Assembly: GCF_037042905.1 (NCBI RefSeq)
Contig: NC_087251.1
Location: forward strand, 7,874,001 to 7,938,000
Direction of reading: 5' to 3'
From: Lytechinus pictus
Taxonomy: Eukaryota
DNA: 64,000 nucleotides
Under the pieces are notes generated by a model. It saw only the letters and a program-made list of their open reading frames with translations, had not been told where the DNA came from and did not search any database. The position numbers and the translations under genes are program-made. Shown in pieces: positions 62,508-64,000 of this stretch (positions within the stretch are counted from its first letter, which is position 1; the number at the start of each line of letters is the position of its first letter).

Positions 62508-62749
62508 CACCGCAAAAACTCCGGTGTTGATTTAACACCAGCCCGGAATCTATATATGTCCACACCAGAGAAGTATTGAAACAACACCAGTTTGGGATCA
62601 AACCCATGCTGTATTAATGCTAATTGGTGTTGTATAAACACCTATCTGGTGTTAGACCAAAACCAAACTGGTTCTGTTTAACACTTCAATGGTGTGGACA
62701 TATATAGATTCCGGGCTGGTGTTAAATCAATACTGGAGTTTTTGCAGTA
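62508..62749. mobile_element. Palindromic CACTA/EnSpm-like MITE in spastin intron 1
   Basis: ~70-bp inverted arms (gcaaaaactccggtgttgatttaacaccagcccggaatctatatatgtccacacca), CAC(C)G.../...CAGTA ends and 2-bp TG flanks. Confidence 0.75.
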
Positions 62750-64000
62750 TGTATGAAAAACGTATAAGACAGTAAAAAAAAATTTTTTGTCTCGCCTTGC
62801 CAGCCAGTAGTGAGATTAAGGTACCAGTTTACTGACGTGACGGCATTATTCATTGGTTAGGATAACATTGGAACACATTAAACACAATTTTGTATTTCAA
62901 TGAATGCTTAGGCCTTAGGGTACTTTTTTTTCTCACCAGCCCTATACATTTAAAATTCGACCCTTCAGGAATTTCATGGGCTCTGTAAATAATTTTTCAG
63001 GCCGTCAAGCCCAAAATAATTTCCGTTTGAAAGCATAGATAAATTATGAAACTTGGAGTCTTGGACATGTGTAATCAAGTGTCATTGATGATTAGGCAAG
63101 AAATATTAGGTCATGAATCAAGTTCAAAGGTCATTTCGGGTGATTATACTTTGAACATGTGATATCATCAAAAACTGTCAAAGGTTTAGAATTCTGATTT
63201 TTCAAGGTAACTTTATAAGAATAACTCATCGAGAATAAAAAAATTGATGTATGCAATATGAGTCTGTATACTTGAACTATGTTGTAACAACATTTATTTT
63301 TTAACCAAAGGTAAAGATTTTTTTAATATTCAAGATATTTTGTGAAATAAGTCCCAATTATTTGGAGAATTGTTCTGCCTAGATCAGGTATTAGGTATTC
63401 AGTATAATTTCTGATCACTTGTGACGGGAGGAGAGTTAATTTGATTATAAATTCATAATTCGCAAAGGTATTTCTTAGAATTTAATGAGATTTGTGTTAG
63501 ATGGTTTATCATATATATCTCAATTACATAAAATGAATTATATGCTACCAACTAAAGGTCAAAGGTCATTTGAGATCAATGAACATTATTTTTGTAAAGA
63601 ATTTATTTATTTTTCTCTAATTTTGAAAATTTAAGCAATGTCTAATTTGTCCTTGCTAAATCAAAAGAATCATTAAAAAACTTGAGCGAGTGTCAAATAT
63701 CATTCACATGACTGAATATTTATTAGAATATAGAGTTTAATTCATTACAAGGTAAGAAGTGGTACATTTCCCAGAGCTCTATTTAATCATGCTTTAAGAT
63801 TATGCAGTGACTTTAAAGATGTTGAAAAACAAATAGTTTGAAATCACAAATCTCAGAGCTTCCTTGGAGGTTGCTCAGTGAAGATGTATTTCTTTCTGAA
63901 TTAAAAAGGCAGGAAAAGGGGACCTGTAGAGTAGAGATGTATGATGTACATGTATCATCTGTGATAATTCATGCTTCAAGACCTTGTATACATCATTGTG

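Overview
This is eukaryotic (animal) genomic DNA, AT-rich and dense in repeats. The repeat landscape suggests an echinoderm such as a sea urchin, but that is inference only. Main content: (1) A cluster of four paralogous three-exon genes, one on + (24120-28711) and three on - (44828-47351, 48952-51583, 52679-59164). Each encodes a signal peptide, an acidic six-Cys module, a bacterial-type sphingomyelinase C (EEP fold) domain in one intronless exon, a Ser/Thr stalk and a GPI-anchor-like C-terminus. I reconstructed all 12 exons by hand; all have GT-AG phase-1 junctions and open frames. (2) Coding exon 1 of spastin, head-to-head with the last SMase gene. (3) A full-length BEL/Pao LTR retrotransposon (12181-19172, ATTAC TSD) with near-identical LTRs but a broken gag-pol. 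(4) Many non-autonomous DNA transposons (hAT-, piggyBac-, Kolobok-, Tc1-, PIF/Harbinger- and CACTA-like), a 3.9-kb foldback palindrome, tRNA-derived SINEs and an intron-containing tRNA-Tyr pseudogene. The most interesting signals are the putative GPI-anchored bacterial-type ecto-sphingomyelinase family (gene conversion, one diverged substrate-site residue), a perfect inverted duplication of an orphan signal-peptide exon, and tiny palindromes resembling P-element excision footprints.
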